Shown in pieces: positions 44,474-53,953 of a stretch of 64,000 nucleotides of DNA (the first letter of the stretch is position 1; the number at the start of each line of letters is the position of its first letter). Below the pieces are notes generated by a model. It was not told the DNA's origin, ran no database searches, and worked only from the letters and a program-made list of their open reading frames with translations. The position numbers were made by a program, and so were the translations under genes. Source of the stretch: an uncultured Acidimicrobiaceae bacterium (GTDB lineage Bacteria > Actinomycetota > Acidimicrobiia > Acidimicrobiales > SZUA-35); assembly GCA_964351995.1 (NCBI GenBank), contig CAYGQE010000006.1, positions 65,045 to 129,044 on the forward strand. The letters are read 5' to 3'.

Positions 44474-45376
44474 CTATTCCCCTTGGCCGCCGGTTGAGGT
44501 GGCCGTACCTTGCTGGCGACGAGTGGCGGCGGCGTCGGCAATCAGCTTGGCTGCGGTTCGACTGTCGCTGTGCCAGAGATCAGCGCCGAGCGAGCGAGCG
44601 TGCTCCTCTGAGCAGATTGCCCCGCCGCCGATTGCAATCGGAATGTCGCCAAAGGCCGCTCGCAGGGCGCCGACGGTGTCAGTGGCTGATGCCTCGTGGT
44701 CGGGGCCGGTCAAGGACAAGGCCACGACGCAGTCGGCGAATCGCGTGCCGGCGGCAATGAAGGACGAGATGTCCGGGGACCCGCCGAGGTCGATGACGGT
44801 CACGCCGAAGGAGCGAATCAGGTCAGCGAACATCGCTGACGGAATCGAGTGAACGTCTCCAGGAGTCGCACCGACGACCACGATTCCTCGGCGACGACCC
44901 GGTGTGGCGAGGTGTGTGCCGAGTCTGCCGATGATGCGATGCGCAACGGCGGACGCCTTGTGCTCACTTGCGATCGAGAGTTCCCCGTCGGCCCACCGCT
45001 GGCCGATCGATTTGAGCGCAGGAGCCAACACATCGAGATGGATGCTGACGGGATCGTCATTCGAGGAAATCGATGCCTCGATCAAACGCCACGCTGCTAC
45101 TTCGTCGCCTGCGATCAGCGCCTCTTCGATGGTCATCGTGTCGTCGAGGTCGGTGACGCGTACTGCGTCGTTCTGGAATTCCGCCAAGTCGGCGGCGCTG
45201 ATCACCCACGAGCCCCGCTGCTTCTCGGCGTAGAGCAGCCCGAGTTTCACGTACCGGTACGCGGTCATGTAATGGACGCCGAGGTGGTCGGCCGCTTCTT
45301 GCAGTGTGAGGTCCCCAGTCGGCACGGCGCACACGCTACGAGATCTGCGTGCGGAGCGATGAACCGGTCGGATCAC
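44474..45376 (-). CDS. CarH/LitR-like regulator: excisionase/MerR-type HTH, W-x9-E-H helical bundle, B12-binding domain (paralog 1)
   Basis: HTH LTLQEAADHLGVHYMTAYRYVKLGLL; QRWADGELSIASEH (W-x9-EH); Rossmann VVVGATPGDVHSIPSAMFADL (DxHxx with Pro in place of Gly). Confidence 0.75.
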   Translation of the reverse strand: MIRPVHRSARRSRSVCAVPTGDLTLQEAADHLGVHYMTAYRYVKLGLLYAEKQRGSWVISAADLAEFQNDAVRVTDLDDTMTIEEALIAGDEVAAWRLIEASISSNDDPVSIHLDVLAPALKSIGQRWADGELSIASEHKASAVAHRIIGRLGTHLATPGRRRGIVVVGATPGDVHSIPSAMFADLIRSFGVTVIDLGGSPDISSFIAAGTRFADCVVALSLTGPDHEASATDTVGALRAAFGDIPIAIGGGAICSEEHARSLGADLWHSDSRTAAKLIADAAATRRQQGTATSTGGQGE

Positions 45377-45444
45377 CGATTGCGTTCGGTTTCATGGCAC
45401 CATCCAGCAGGTATGTGCCGAACTCCGATGACGGATGACATTTC

Positions 45445-46281
45445 GTGAGACTCGCAACATGGAATCTCTGGTGGAAGTTTGGGCCATGGGAGGCCCGCCA
45501 ACGCCCGATCGCAAGCGAGATCAACCTTGTTGACGCTGACGTCATGTGCCTCCAGGAGGTCTGGGCAGATGCTGATCATGACCAGGCTGAGTTGCTGGCC
45601 GCCTCGTCGGGAAGACATCTCGCCCGCACGACGAATGCCGACGGTATTGCTCATCCCTTCGGGAACGCCGTGCTGAGCCGCTGGCCGATCCAGCAGCATC
45701 ACACGATTGTCCTTCCCGGCAGCGACGGGGAACCAAGCCATCGCTCGGCGCTCTTCTGTGAGATCGACGTACCCGGGGCTACACATCCCTGGTGGGTGGT
45801 CAGTACCCACCTCGAGTGGCGCTATTCGGCGAGCGTTCTTCGTCAGCGCCAACTCGAAGCGATCGTGGCCGAATGTGCGCGAGTCCGAGCGTTGGTCCCA
45901 GACAGCATCGTGGCGATCGGTGGTGATTTCAATGCTGTAGCGGACAGCGACGAGATCCGTCGGCTCACCGGGCTGTCGGTTCCGTACAGCGAGCGTCTCA
46001 TTTTCACCGACGGATGGGCCGCTGTCACTGACGAACCCGGTCACACTTGGAGTCGAAGCAATCCGCATTCCAGCAATGCTCAGTGGCCGCGGCGCCGGGT
46101 CGATGCAGTCTTCGTTTCTTGGCCGCGCCCGAAGCCAACGGGCAACCCCATCGACGCCGCGCTTTTTGGCCTCGATGCGCTCCCGACGGGCGAGGGCGAT
46201 GCGGAGATCGTGCCGTCTGATCACTACGGCGTTGTCGTCGAACTCGATCGACGGACGACTGCTGACATCGAGGCCTCTTGA
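45445..46281 (+). CDS. Endonuclease/exonuclease/phosphatase (EEP) family protein
   Basis: MRLATWNLWW...DADVMCLQEVW and C-terminal SDHYGVVVEL motifs. Confidence 0.8.
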   Translation: MRLATWNLWWKFGPWEARQRPIASEINLVDADVMCLQEVWADADHDQAELLAASSGRHLARTTNADGIAHPFGNAVLSRWPIQQHHTIVLPGSDGEPSHRSALFCEIDVPGATHPWWVVSTHLEWRYSASVLRQRQLEAIVAECARVRALVPDSIVAIGGDFNAVADSDEIRRLTGLSVPYSERLIFTDGWAAVTDEPGHTWSRSNPHSSNAQWPRRRVDAVFVSWPRPKPTGNPIDAALFGLDALPTGEGDAEIVPSDHYGVVVELDRRTTADIEAS

Positions 46282-47207
46282 TGGGGAACGCTCCACCGCC
46301 ACCGCCGTCGGGAGCGCCCGCACCCGGCCCGCCGCCACCGACGCCGGCGATCGTCGAGCACCCGCCGTTGCTGCTCATCTCTGATTGGCTGACCGATACG
46401 ACGAGGACACTTGTCAAGGGGTTTGGCGACTTCTTCGCTGTTCTCACGGTGCTAGCGATCATCAGCACCGCACTGAGTGCGCCGCTGCTTTGGATCAGTT
46501 CCGCTGATGCTGTTCTGACTCGCGACGACGACAACCTCTTCAACGGCATCGAAGGCATGACGGGAACGCACGGACTCATGGTTGCTGGTGGCTTGCTCAT
46601 CTCAGCTGTTGGTCAGGTTCTGCTCTTCACCGCCGCCACCAATCACATCGATCGTTTGCGCTCCGGTGACTCGCCTCGCTGGCAGGAGACGTTGGGCGCA
46701 CTCGTTGCCCGAGGGCCTCGTGTCGTCGGCGTCGTGGCGCAGGTGGTGTTCGTTGCGTTCGTGATTCTGTTGATCAGTGGTGTGCTCGGCGGCATCGGCC
46801 TTGGCGGAATTGCGATCGCCATTGCGTTCGCTTTGATCGTGCTGCTTTGGGTGCGGGCGGCTGTTGCGTCGACCCATGCTGCGCTTGGCGGGGCCGGAGG
46901 GAGTCTTCGCCACAGTCTTGCCTGGACGAAGGGACTGACCCTTCCGCTTCTGGGCCGACACATCGTCTTGGTGACGATTTGCGTCGGTTTGCTGTTGATT
47001 GGTTCAATCGTGTCCGCCCCCTTTCAGAGCTTGTCCGGGGCGGCGGCGTCGACCGAGGGCGACCTGGTTCTCCGCGACGTCATCGGGAGCAGCCTTTCTG
47101 CCTTTGTCGCAGTGCAGTTCATCAACGCTCTCGTCTCCGGGTTCATCGCAGCGTTGTGGGCGGCCGCCATGCTCTCGCTTTATCGAGGCGAAGCCGCTGA
47201 GCGCTAG
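46281..47207 (+). CDS. Polytopic membrane protein with Pro-rich N-terminus
   Basis: PPPPPSGAPAPGPPPPTP followed by about 6 hydrophobic helices. The ATG overlaps the EEP gene stop (TGATG). Confidence 0.55.
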   Translation: MGNAPPPPPSGAPAPGPPPPTPAIVEHPPLLLISDWLTDTTRTLVKGFGDFFAVLTVLAIISTALSAPLLWISSADAVLTRDDDNLFNGIEGMTGTHGLMVAGGLLISAVGQVLLFTAATNHIDRLRSGDSPRWQETLGALVARGPRVVGVVAQVVFVAFVILLISGVLGGIGLGGIAIAIAFALIVLLWVRAAVASTHAALGGAGGSLRHSLAWTKGLTLPLLGRHIVLVTICVGLLLIGSIVSAPFQSLSGAAASTEGDLVLRDVIGSSLSAFVAVQFINALVSGFIAALWAAAMLSLYRGEAAER

Positions 47208-47221
47208 ATAGTGTCGCCCGG

Positions 47222-49261
47222 ATGGCGGGGGACACCGGAGTCGACCAACAGCAACTCGATCAGGGGCAGCTGGATCGTGCCGCATCGTGCCTCGAGGCAA
47301 TGAGCAATCGGGCAACCAAGATCCACGAGGCTGCACAGACGCGAGCCGAGCAGGAGAAGAGCGTCGATGCTCGGATCGCAGCAGCCAAGATGGAAGAGCG
47401 TCGCGCTGCGATCGATGCCGGCAGCGGACCGTTGTGTTTTGGCCGGATCGATGAAGACGGTCCAAGTCGCAGCCAACGTGACACCTGGTATGTCGGGCGT
47501 CGCCACATCGAGGACGCCGAGGGGAACCCCGTCGTCGTCGACTGGCGGGCACCGGTGTCAGCGCCGTTCTATCGAGCCACTTCGGTCGACCCCTGCGGTC
47601 TGGTCAGGCGTCGACGCTTCAGTATCGATGAGGGCCACATCACCAACGTGTTCGACGAGGATCTCACCGACCCGGACGGAGCGAGTGGCGGCCTGCCCGA
47701 TCCGCTGCTCGCTGAACTCGATCGTGGACGCTCGGGGCAGATGCGAGACATCGTGGCCACCATCGCCGGCGAGCAGGACGAGGTGATCCGCTCCGGCATC
47801 AATGAGCTGCTGATCGTGCAGGGAGGTCCGGGAACGGGCAAGACCGCCGTTGGCCTGCACCGTGCCGCGTATCTGCTGTTTGCCCACCGGGATCACTTCG
47901 CTGACCATCAAGTGCTGGTGATCGGGCCGAACCCGGTCTTCCTCCGCTACATCGCTGAAGTGCTGCCGTCGCTTGGCGAGCGGTCGGTGGCGCAAACCAC
48001 GGTCACTGGGTTGTTGGTAGCGAAGTATCGAGTGCGGTCTGAAGACCCAGCAACCGTCGTGCAGCTCAAGAGCGACGAGCGGATGGCCGAGGTCATTCGT
48101 CATTCGATGCGGCGCCGGATCGTTGCTCCCGTCGATGGTCTCGAACTGCGTTCGGGCGTGTCGAAGGTGCGGTTCGATCGTGACGCCGTCGATCAAATGA
48201 TGCAGCGTGCGCTCGACCGCAATCTCGCCTTGAACACGGCGAGGGACGTGTTCCGCAGCATCGTGTTGCAGGAGGCCTGGCGGCAGTTCGAAGCCCGACC
48301 GGGATCAGATCCCGGTCACCAGCCGGCATTTGTTGCAGCGATTCGTTCTGATCCCGGGTTCAAGAAGGACGTCGACCGGATGTGGCCAGCGTTCTCTCCG
48401 CCGGCGGTGATTCGAGAACTGTTGGGCTCCAAGACCAAACGCCGGGCTGCCGCTGACAGCCTCCTCGACCCAGCCGAACAAGCCTTGTTGCATCGGCCGT
48501 CGGCAAAGAAGGCCAACGAGGAACTCTGGTCGGCCGCTGATCTACCGCTGTTGGATGAGGCAACTGATCTTGCCGTCGGCGTACTGCCGGCGTACGGCCA
48601 TGTCGTGGTCGATGAGGCGCAAGACCACGGGGCCATGGCATTGCGAATGCTTGGGCGCCGAGCGAAGAACCACTCGATGACGGTGCTCGGCGACCTCGCA
48701 CAAGCAACTGCTCCCGGGGCAATCGAAGCATGGGACGAAGCAGCTCGCCATCTGTGCGGTGATCCCGACGGAGCGGTCGTGCGAGAACTCACCGTTGGCT
48801 ACCGCGTGCCGGCTGCCATTCTCGATGTGGCCAACCAGCTCCTTCGTGAGGCGGCGCCCTCGGTGACGCCCGCTCGGTCCATCCGGCCCGGTGGCGAGCC
48901 CCCGAGTCACTTCGATTTCAGCGACGACGAACAGATGGTCGCCGCGGTCGGCGACGCCATTGCGGCAACGACAGATCAACAGGGGCGAGCCTCGATTGCC
49001 GTGATCGCGCCTGTATCCCACCATGATCTGTTGCTCGCAGAAGTCCCTGGTCTGGTCCGCTTCGGAACGGGAACAGCGGTGAACTTGCCTGGTACCGAAG
49101 CCATTGCTCTGCTTGATCCAGATCAGGCCAAAGGGCTCGAGTTCGACGCCGTCGTTGTGGTCGACCCTCCAGCGATCCGTTCGGCCCCGAACGGATCGCG
49201 GCAGCTCTACGTGGCCATGACGCGAGCGGTGCAGACTCTCGCCATGGTCGAACCAACCTGA
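47222..49261 (+). CDS. HelD/HelR-like UvrD-superfamily helicase (RNA-polymerase-associated type)
   Basis: N-terminal FGRIDEDG...WYVGRRHIED..G.PVVVDWRAPVSAPFYRAT, Walker A GGPGTGKT, VVDEAQD, and C-terminal GLEFDAVVVV. Confidence 0.8.
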   Translation: MAGDTGVDQQQLDQGQLDRAASCLEAMSNRATKIHEAAQTRAEQEKSVDARIAAAKMEERRAAIDAGSGPLCFGRIDEDGPSRSQRDTWYVGRRHIEDAEGNPVVVDWRAPVSAPFYRATSVDPCGLVRRRRFSIDEGHITNVFDEDLTDPDGASGGLPDPLLAELDRGRSGQMRDIVATIAGEQDEVIRSGINELLIVQGGPGTGKTAVGLHRAAYLLFAHRDHFADHQVLVIGPNPVFLRYIAEVLPSLGERSVAQTTVTGLLVAKYRVRSEDPATVVQLKSDERMAEVIRHSMRRRIVAPVDGLELRSGVSKVRFDRDAVDQMMQRALDRNLALNTARDVFRSIVLQEAWRQFEARPGSDPGHQPAFVAAIRSDPGFKKDVDRMWPAFSPPAVIRELLGSKTKRRAAADSLLDPAEQALLHRPSAKKANEELWSAADLPLLDEATDLAVGVLPAYGHVVVDEAQDHGAMALRMLGRRAKNHSMTVLGDLAQATAPGAIEAWDEAARHLCGDPDGAVVRELTVGYRVPAAILDVANQLLREAAPSVTPARSIRPGGEPPSHFDFSDDEQMVAAVGDAIAATTDQQGRASIAVIAPVSHHDLLLAEVPGLVRFGTGTAVNLPGTEAIALLDPDQAKGLEFDAVVVVDPPAIRSAPNGSRQLYVAMTRAVQTLAMVEPT

Positions 49262-49271
49262 CCGAACAACG

Positions 49272-49325
49272 CTCGTTCTCGTACTCAACAGGCCCAGAAG
49301 TGGGAATTCTGAGTACCAGAACGAG
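49272..49325. terminator. Bidirectional hairpin between convergent helD-like and topoisomerase B genes
   Basis: 16-bp arms CTCGTTCTCGTACTCA / TGAGTACCAGAACGAG with one mismatch and a 22-nt loop. Confidence 0.55.
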
Positions 49326-49337
49326 TTCGGGGGTTGG

Positions 49338-51359
49338 TCAGACGTCGAGGGCTTCGGAGTCAATGAGCGTGCTGTTGTTGACGATGTAGTCGCGACGGGT
49401 GGCGACGTCGCTACCCATCAGCACCTCGAAGAGCTTTGCTGCTTCGATGGCGTGCTCGGCATCAGCCATGGTGAGTCGCTTGAGCACACGAGTGCTGGGG
49501 TCGAGCGTGGTGTCCCGGAGCTCGTTGACGTTCATCTCGCCGAGCCCCTTGAATCGCTGCCATCGTTTCTCGGCCGAGAAGCCGTGCTCGGCGTGGAGCT
49601 GTTCCCGTTGCTCATCGCTGTAGGCGTAAATCTGCTCACCCCGGTGCTTCACCGCAAACAGCGGTGGCTGTGCGGCGTAGACCATGCCCGCCTCGAGCAA
49701 CGGCCGCATCTGGTGGAAGAGCAACGTGAGGAGCAAACAGCGAATGTGCGAACCATCGACGTCGGCGTCGCACAGGATGATGATGCGGCCGTATCGACAC
49801 GATGCGAGATCGAAGTCTTTGCCGGAGCCGGCACCGATCGAGGTGATCAGGGCTTGGGCCTCGGCGTTGTCGACAACTTGTTTCAGCGTGGCCTTGCCGG
49901 CGTTGACGACCTTGCCCCGCAGCGGAAGCACCGCCATCATCTCGGAGTTGCGACCCTGCTTGGCCGGGCCGGCAGCGGAGTTTCCTTCCACGATGAGAAG
50001 CTCGGAATCGGGCCCATGCAAGCGGCAGTCGGCCAGCTTGTCCGGCATGCCATTGGAGGAAAGGCTCGATGCCTTCCGGCGCGCTTCAAGCTGCTGCTTC
50101 GACAGCACACGGTTCAAAATGGCCTGCGCCATCTTGTCTCGCATGGCGTTGACCTGGTTCTTTTTGCCGCCGCCATCGATCCAGTTGGCCAACCCGGCTC
50201 GGGTGGCTTCGTTCACGATCTTCTGGATCGAGGGTGTGCCGAGCTCTTGCTTGGTCTGGCCCTTGAACTGCGGCTCGGCGAACGTGACCTTGACCGCAGC
50301 TACGAGGCCCTCTTGAGCATCGCTGGGTAGTGCTTTGTCGTTGCCGTCCTTGGCGAGCTTCTTGAGCTTCTTCATGTCGGCAAGCAGGTGCTCGTTGGCG
50401 ATCTTGGTGAGCGCTCGCTCGAATCCTTGGACGTGAGTGCCACCTTCAGAGGTGGGGATCGTGTTGACGAAGCTGACGATGGTCGAGTCGAACCCCTTGA
50501 CCCATCGAGCCGCAATGTCGACCGAACACGGTCGAGCGACGGTGGTCATCTTGCCATCGACGGGCACTCGCTCTTCGAAGCTGTCCTCGGCCCGGATGGT
50601 GATGATGTCGGTGACGTTCTCACCGACCGACAGGTAGTCGACGTAATCGGACAGGCCGCCGGCAGCCACGAACTCTTCAGGCTCGCGGCCAGGGCCGCGC
50701 TTGTCGGTCAGCTTGATGTGCAGACCGGGAACCAAGAAGCAGACACGGGCAACATGGTCGCGAATGCGGTCGTACTCGATGCGGGCGTCGGGATCGAAGA
50801 TGTCGAGATCTGGCCAGTAGCGGACTCGGGTGCCGGTGCGTGACGGCGGAATCGACTTGACCTTGGTCAACTTCGAGCCGGGCTTGAACGTACCATTTTT
50901 CAGGTAGTTGCCAGGCAGTCGCTCGTTGAACACCAGACGCCAGGTGGCGCCGTCACGGTCGACTTCGGCGACGACCTTGGACGCCAATGCGTTGACCACC
51001 GAAGCGCCGACACCGTGCAGGCCTCCCGAGGCGCTGTAGGCGCCAGAGCCGAACTTGCCGCCGGCATGGAGTTCTGTGAAGACGACTTCGAGCGCCGTGC
51101 GACCATCTGGCTTCTTGCCGACAGGGATGCCGCGACCGTCGTCGGACACCTCGACCGAACCGTCCTTGTGGAGCGTGACTTCGATGTGGGAGGCAAAGCC
51201 AGCGGCCGCCTCGTCGACGGAGTTGTCGATGATCTCCCACACAAGGTGGTGGAGGCCATCGTTGCCGGTGCCGCCGATGTACATACCTGGCCGCTTGCGG
51301 ACCGCGTCGAGGCCCTCGAGGACCTGGATCTTTGATGCGTCGTACTGGTCTTTTGCCAT
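49338..51359 (-). CDS. Type IIA DNA topoisomerase subunit B (ParE/GyrB family)
   Basis: VLEGLDAVRKRPGMYIG, GGLHGVGASVVNALS, the Toprim EGNSAGG, and PLRGKVVN motifs. Confidence 0.9.
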   Translation of the reverse strand: MAKDQYDASKIQVLEGLDAVRKRPGMYIGGTGNDGLHHLVWEIIDNSVDEAAAGFASHIEVTLHKDGSVEVSDDGRGIPVGKKPDGRTALEVVFTELHAGGKFGSGAYSASGGLHGVGASVVNALASKVVAEVDRDGATWRLVFNERLPGNYLKNGTFKPGSKLTKVKSIPPSRTGTRVRYWPDLDIFDPDARIEYDRIRDHVARVCFLVPGLHIKLTDKRGPGREPEEFVAAGGLSDYVDYLSVGENVTDIITIRAEDSFEERVPVDGKMTTVARPCSVDIAARWVKGFDSTIVSFVNTIPTSEGGTHVQGFERALTKIANEHLLADMKKLKKLAKDGNDKALPSDAQEGLVAAVKVTFAEPQFKGQTKQELGTPSIQKIVNEATRAGLANWIDGGGKKNQVNAMRDKMAQAILNRVLSKQQLEARRKASSLSSNGMPDKLADCRLHGPDSELLIVEGNSAAGPAKQGRNSEMMAVLPLRGKVVNAGKATLKQVVDNAEAQALITSIGAGSGKDFDLASCRYGRIIILCDADVDGSHIRCLLLTLLFHQMRPLLEAGMVYAAQPPLFAVKHRGEQIYAYSDEQREQLHAEHGFSAEKRWQRFKGLGEMNVNELRDTTLDPSTRVLKRLTMADAEHAIEAAKLFEVLMGSDVATRRDYIVNNSTLIDSEALDV

Positions 51360-51415
51360 GGGGGAGAAAGGTGCTGCGTTCGTGTTCGGCGGGCGGTGGT
51401 GTTGCTGGGCGCGGG

Positions 51416-53851
51416 CTACCAGCGAAGCGAGCCAATGGCGAGGATACGCCTTGGGGCTGAGCTGCTCGGGCCATCCCGTCGAGTTGGGCGAATGGCCACA
51501 GGCTCGGGGGTGTTGTCGTGCTTGGTTGGGGCGTCGGGCTGGCCGACGAGGGCAACGATGCGTTCGGGATTGCCGATCCAGGCAAAGTCGAGACGGCTCT
51601 CGTCTTTGAACTTGGTGATGCGAACACCGCCGGCGCCACGACCCTTGCTGGGCACCTCGGCGGCGTCGGTCGACTTGACCGTGCCGAGGTCGGTGACGGT
51701 GATGATCACGGTGTCGCCGGTGATGGGACCGGCGGCCAACACCCTGGCGTTGCCCTTCACACCAACGCCTGCGACACCCTTGGCGGCAGCGCCCTGCACG
51801 CTGATGCCTTCGGCGGGTGTGCGGAGGGCCTGAGCGTCGTTGGTGATGAACACGACGTCGAGGGACGGGTTGATCAGCTTGGCGGATACTACGGTGTCAC
51901 GGTCGGCCAGCTTCATGATTGGCTTGCCATCGCTGACTTCGGTCAGCACCGAGCGCTCGATTCGCTTGGCTGCGCCACCTGCAGTGGCCACGAGTAGTTG
52001 GTCGCTCGAATCGTCGGCGGATGCACTGACGATGGCGATGATGTTCTCGCCTCGCTCGGCTCCGAACGTCTCGGATGCATCGCGGCCTCGGCTACGGCCG
52101 CCGACTTCGGCCAGATCGAGCGCTCGGCGACGCAGCAATCGGCCCTTGTCTGTGATGGCCAACACGTCGCTGGCCAGGCTTCCAACGGCAACGGTATCGA
52201 TGACGTCGTGGCGGCCTGGGGTGTAACTCCGGGAGGTGCCGAGTGGCTCACGGCCGACGACACCGGAGGCCGAGAGGCTGATGAGGCAGGGCTCGTCGGC
52301 GGTGGCGAGATCGATCTCGGGAGCGGCTTCGTTGAGCGTCTTGATCTCGTCCGGGGAGATGATGCGGGTGCGACGAGGCGTCGGGTACTCCTTGACCAAC
52401 TCGCCGAGTTCGCGAATGACGATGGTCCGGCGCCGCTGCTCCGACGCAAGAATCTTCTCGAGATCGTCAATCTCTTCGAGCAGCAGTGTTCGCTCCTCGA
52501 CGAGGTCGGTGTAGGCAAGTGCGGTCAGGCGACGGAGTCGCAGTTCGAGAATTGCTTCGGCCTGGATCTCGCTGAGGCTGAGGGCTTCCATCAAGCCGGT
52601 GCGAGCGGCTTCGGAGTTGGCAGCGTTGCGAATGATCGACACGACGAGGTCGATGTTGTCGATGGCGATCAGGTAGCCCTCGACCCTGTGCAGACGTTCT
52701 TGCCGCTGACGGAGCCGGTACTCGGATCGTTTCACGACCATGTCGAGGCGGTGGTCGATGTAGTACTGGCAGAGGTCGTAGAGGCCGAGGGTGGTGGGCA
52801 CGCCATCGACGAGGACGACGTTGTTGATGCCGAAGGTCTCTTCGAGCGGTGTGAGTCGGTAGAGCTTCTGGAGAAGTACCGCCGGGTCGACGCCGGTCTT
52901 GCATTCGATCACCAGGCGCAAGCCAGAGTTGTGATCCGACAGGTTCTTCATGTCGGAGATCCCTGAGACCTTGCCGGCGATCACCAACTCCTTGACCTTG
53001 GCCATGACCCGCTCGACACCGATCATGTAGGGCAGTTCGGTGATGACGATGCCCTTGCGTGCTCGGGTGATGTCGACGATCTCGGCAGTGGCCCGGAGAC
53101 GAACCGAACCTCGACCGTGTTCGTACGCATCGTTGATGCCATCGTCGATCATGGTGCCGCCGCTCGGGAAGTCGGGGCCGGGCACGAGCTCACGCAGTTG
53201 CTCGAGTGTGGGCTTCGGTCGACGTTGACTCATCACGAGCTTGATGGCTTCGTAGATCTCGCCGAGGTTGTGCGGAGCCATGTTGGTGGCCATGCCGACG
53301 GCGATGCCCGTGGTGCCGTTGACCAACAGGTTTGGCAGCAGTGCAGGGAGGTATTGCGGCTCGACGTTCTCGCCGTCGTAGGTCGGGCGGAATTCGACGG
53401 TCTCTTCGTCGATCTCGGCCAGCAGGTGCAGTGCGGCGTCGCTGAGCCGGGCCTCGGTGTAACGCATCGCAGCTGGGGGGTCATCGAGGCTGCCGAAGTT
53501 GCCTTGGGGGTGGATCAGCGTGATCGACCGGGCGAAGTCTTGGCCCATGCGGACCAGGGTGTCGTAGATCGCACTGTCGCCGTGGGGATGGAACTTGCCC
53601 ATGACCTCGCCGACGACGCCGGCGCACTTGCGGTGGGGGCGGTCGGGAAAGAGGCGCATCTCGCGCATGGCGAACAAAATGCGCCGCTGAACGGGCTTGA
53701 GGCCGTCACGCACGTCAGGGATGGCACGCGAGGTGATGACAGACAGCGAGTACGCGAGAAACGACTCGCCGAGCTCTTCAGAGACCGGGACGTCGATGAC
53801 TTCTCGAGCAAAGGGCAGCAATTCACCCTGTGATGACATGGTTCGTTCCAT
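51416..53851 (-). CDS. Type IIA DNA topoisomerase subunit A lacking a GyrA box (ParC-like)
   Basis: [17 protein letters not shown], and the active-site AAMRYTE. No QRRGGKG-type GyrA box appears at the start of the C-terminal domain (the region reads [17 protein letters not shown]). Confidence 0.9.
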   Translation of the reverse strand: MERTMSSQGELLPFAREVIDVPVSEELGESFLAYSLSVITSRAIPDVRDGLKPVQRRILFAMREMRLFPDRPHRKCAGVVGEVMGKFHPHGDSAIYDTLVRMGQDFARSITLIHPQGNFGSLDDPPAAMRYTEARLSDAALHLLAEIDEETVEFRPTYDGENVEPQYLPALLPNLLVNGTTGIAVGMATNMAPHNLGEIYEAIKLVMSQRRPKPTLEQLRELVPGPDFPSGGTMIDDGINDAYEHGRGSVRLRATAEIVDITRARKGIVITELPYMIGVERVMAKVKELVIAGKVSGISDMKNLSDHNSGLRLVIECKTGVDPAVLLQKLYRLTPLEETFGINNVVLVDGVPTTLGLYDLCQYYIDHRLDMVVKRSEYRLRQRQERLHRVEGYLIAIDNIDLVVSIIRNAANSEAARTGLMEALSLSEIQAEAILELRLRRLTALAYTDLVEERTLLLEEIDDLEKILASEQRRRTIVIRELGELVKEYPTPRRTRIISPDEIKTLNEAAPEIDLATADEPCLISLSASGVVGREPLGTSRSYTPGRHDVIDTVAVGSLASDVLAITDKGRLLRRRALDLAEVGGRSRGRDASETFGAERGENIIAIVSASADDSSDQLLVATAGGAAKRIERSVLTEVSDGKPIMKLADRDTVVSAKLINPSLDVVFITNDAQALRTPAEGISVQGAAAKGVAGVGVKGNARVLAAGPITGDTVIITVTDLGTVKSTDAAEVPSKGRGAGGVRITKFKDESRLDFAWIGNPERIVALVGQPDAPTKHDNTPEPVAIRPTRRDGPSSSAPRRILAIGSLRW

Positions 53852-53853
53852 TT

Positions 53854-53925
53854 CTTCCGGCTGGCCGAGATCTTCTGGCTGGCCGAGTGCTTCACGTTGG
53901 CAGAGTGCTTCACGTTGGCAGAGTG
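53854..53925. repeat. Four tandem 18-bp direct repeats between the B12-regulator stop and the topoisomerase start
   Basis: Plus strand: CTTCCGGCTGGCCGAGAT CTTCTGGCTGGCCGAGTG CTTCACGTTGGCAGAGTG CTTCACGTTGGCAGAGTG. The last two units are identical. The array ends 3 nt from the ATG at 53851. Confidence 0.85.
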
Positions 53926-53953
53926 ATACTAGCCAGCTCCGAACGTCTGTTCG

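Noticed and set aside
47100-47221. Rifamycin-associated element upstream of the HelD/HelR-like gene
   Set aside because: There is no palindromic element in the 14-nt gap or in the preceding coding sequence. The gene appears co-transcribed with the upstream membrane protein. I also do not recall the element's consensus precisely enough to exclude it.
51416-53851. Canonical gyrA/gyrB
   Set aside because: No GyrA box (QRRGGKG) appears at the start of the C-terminal domain. The gene order is A then B, and there is no dnaA/dnaN/recF context. The gene is called ParC-like/type IIA subunit A instead. The distinction between gyrase and topoisomerase IV still needs phylogeny.
53854-53925. CRISPR-like array
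   Set aside because: The 18-bp units are directly abutting with no spacers. There are only four units, and no cas genes are present.
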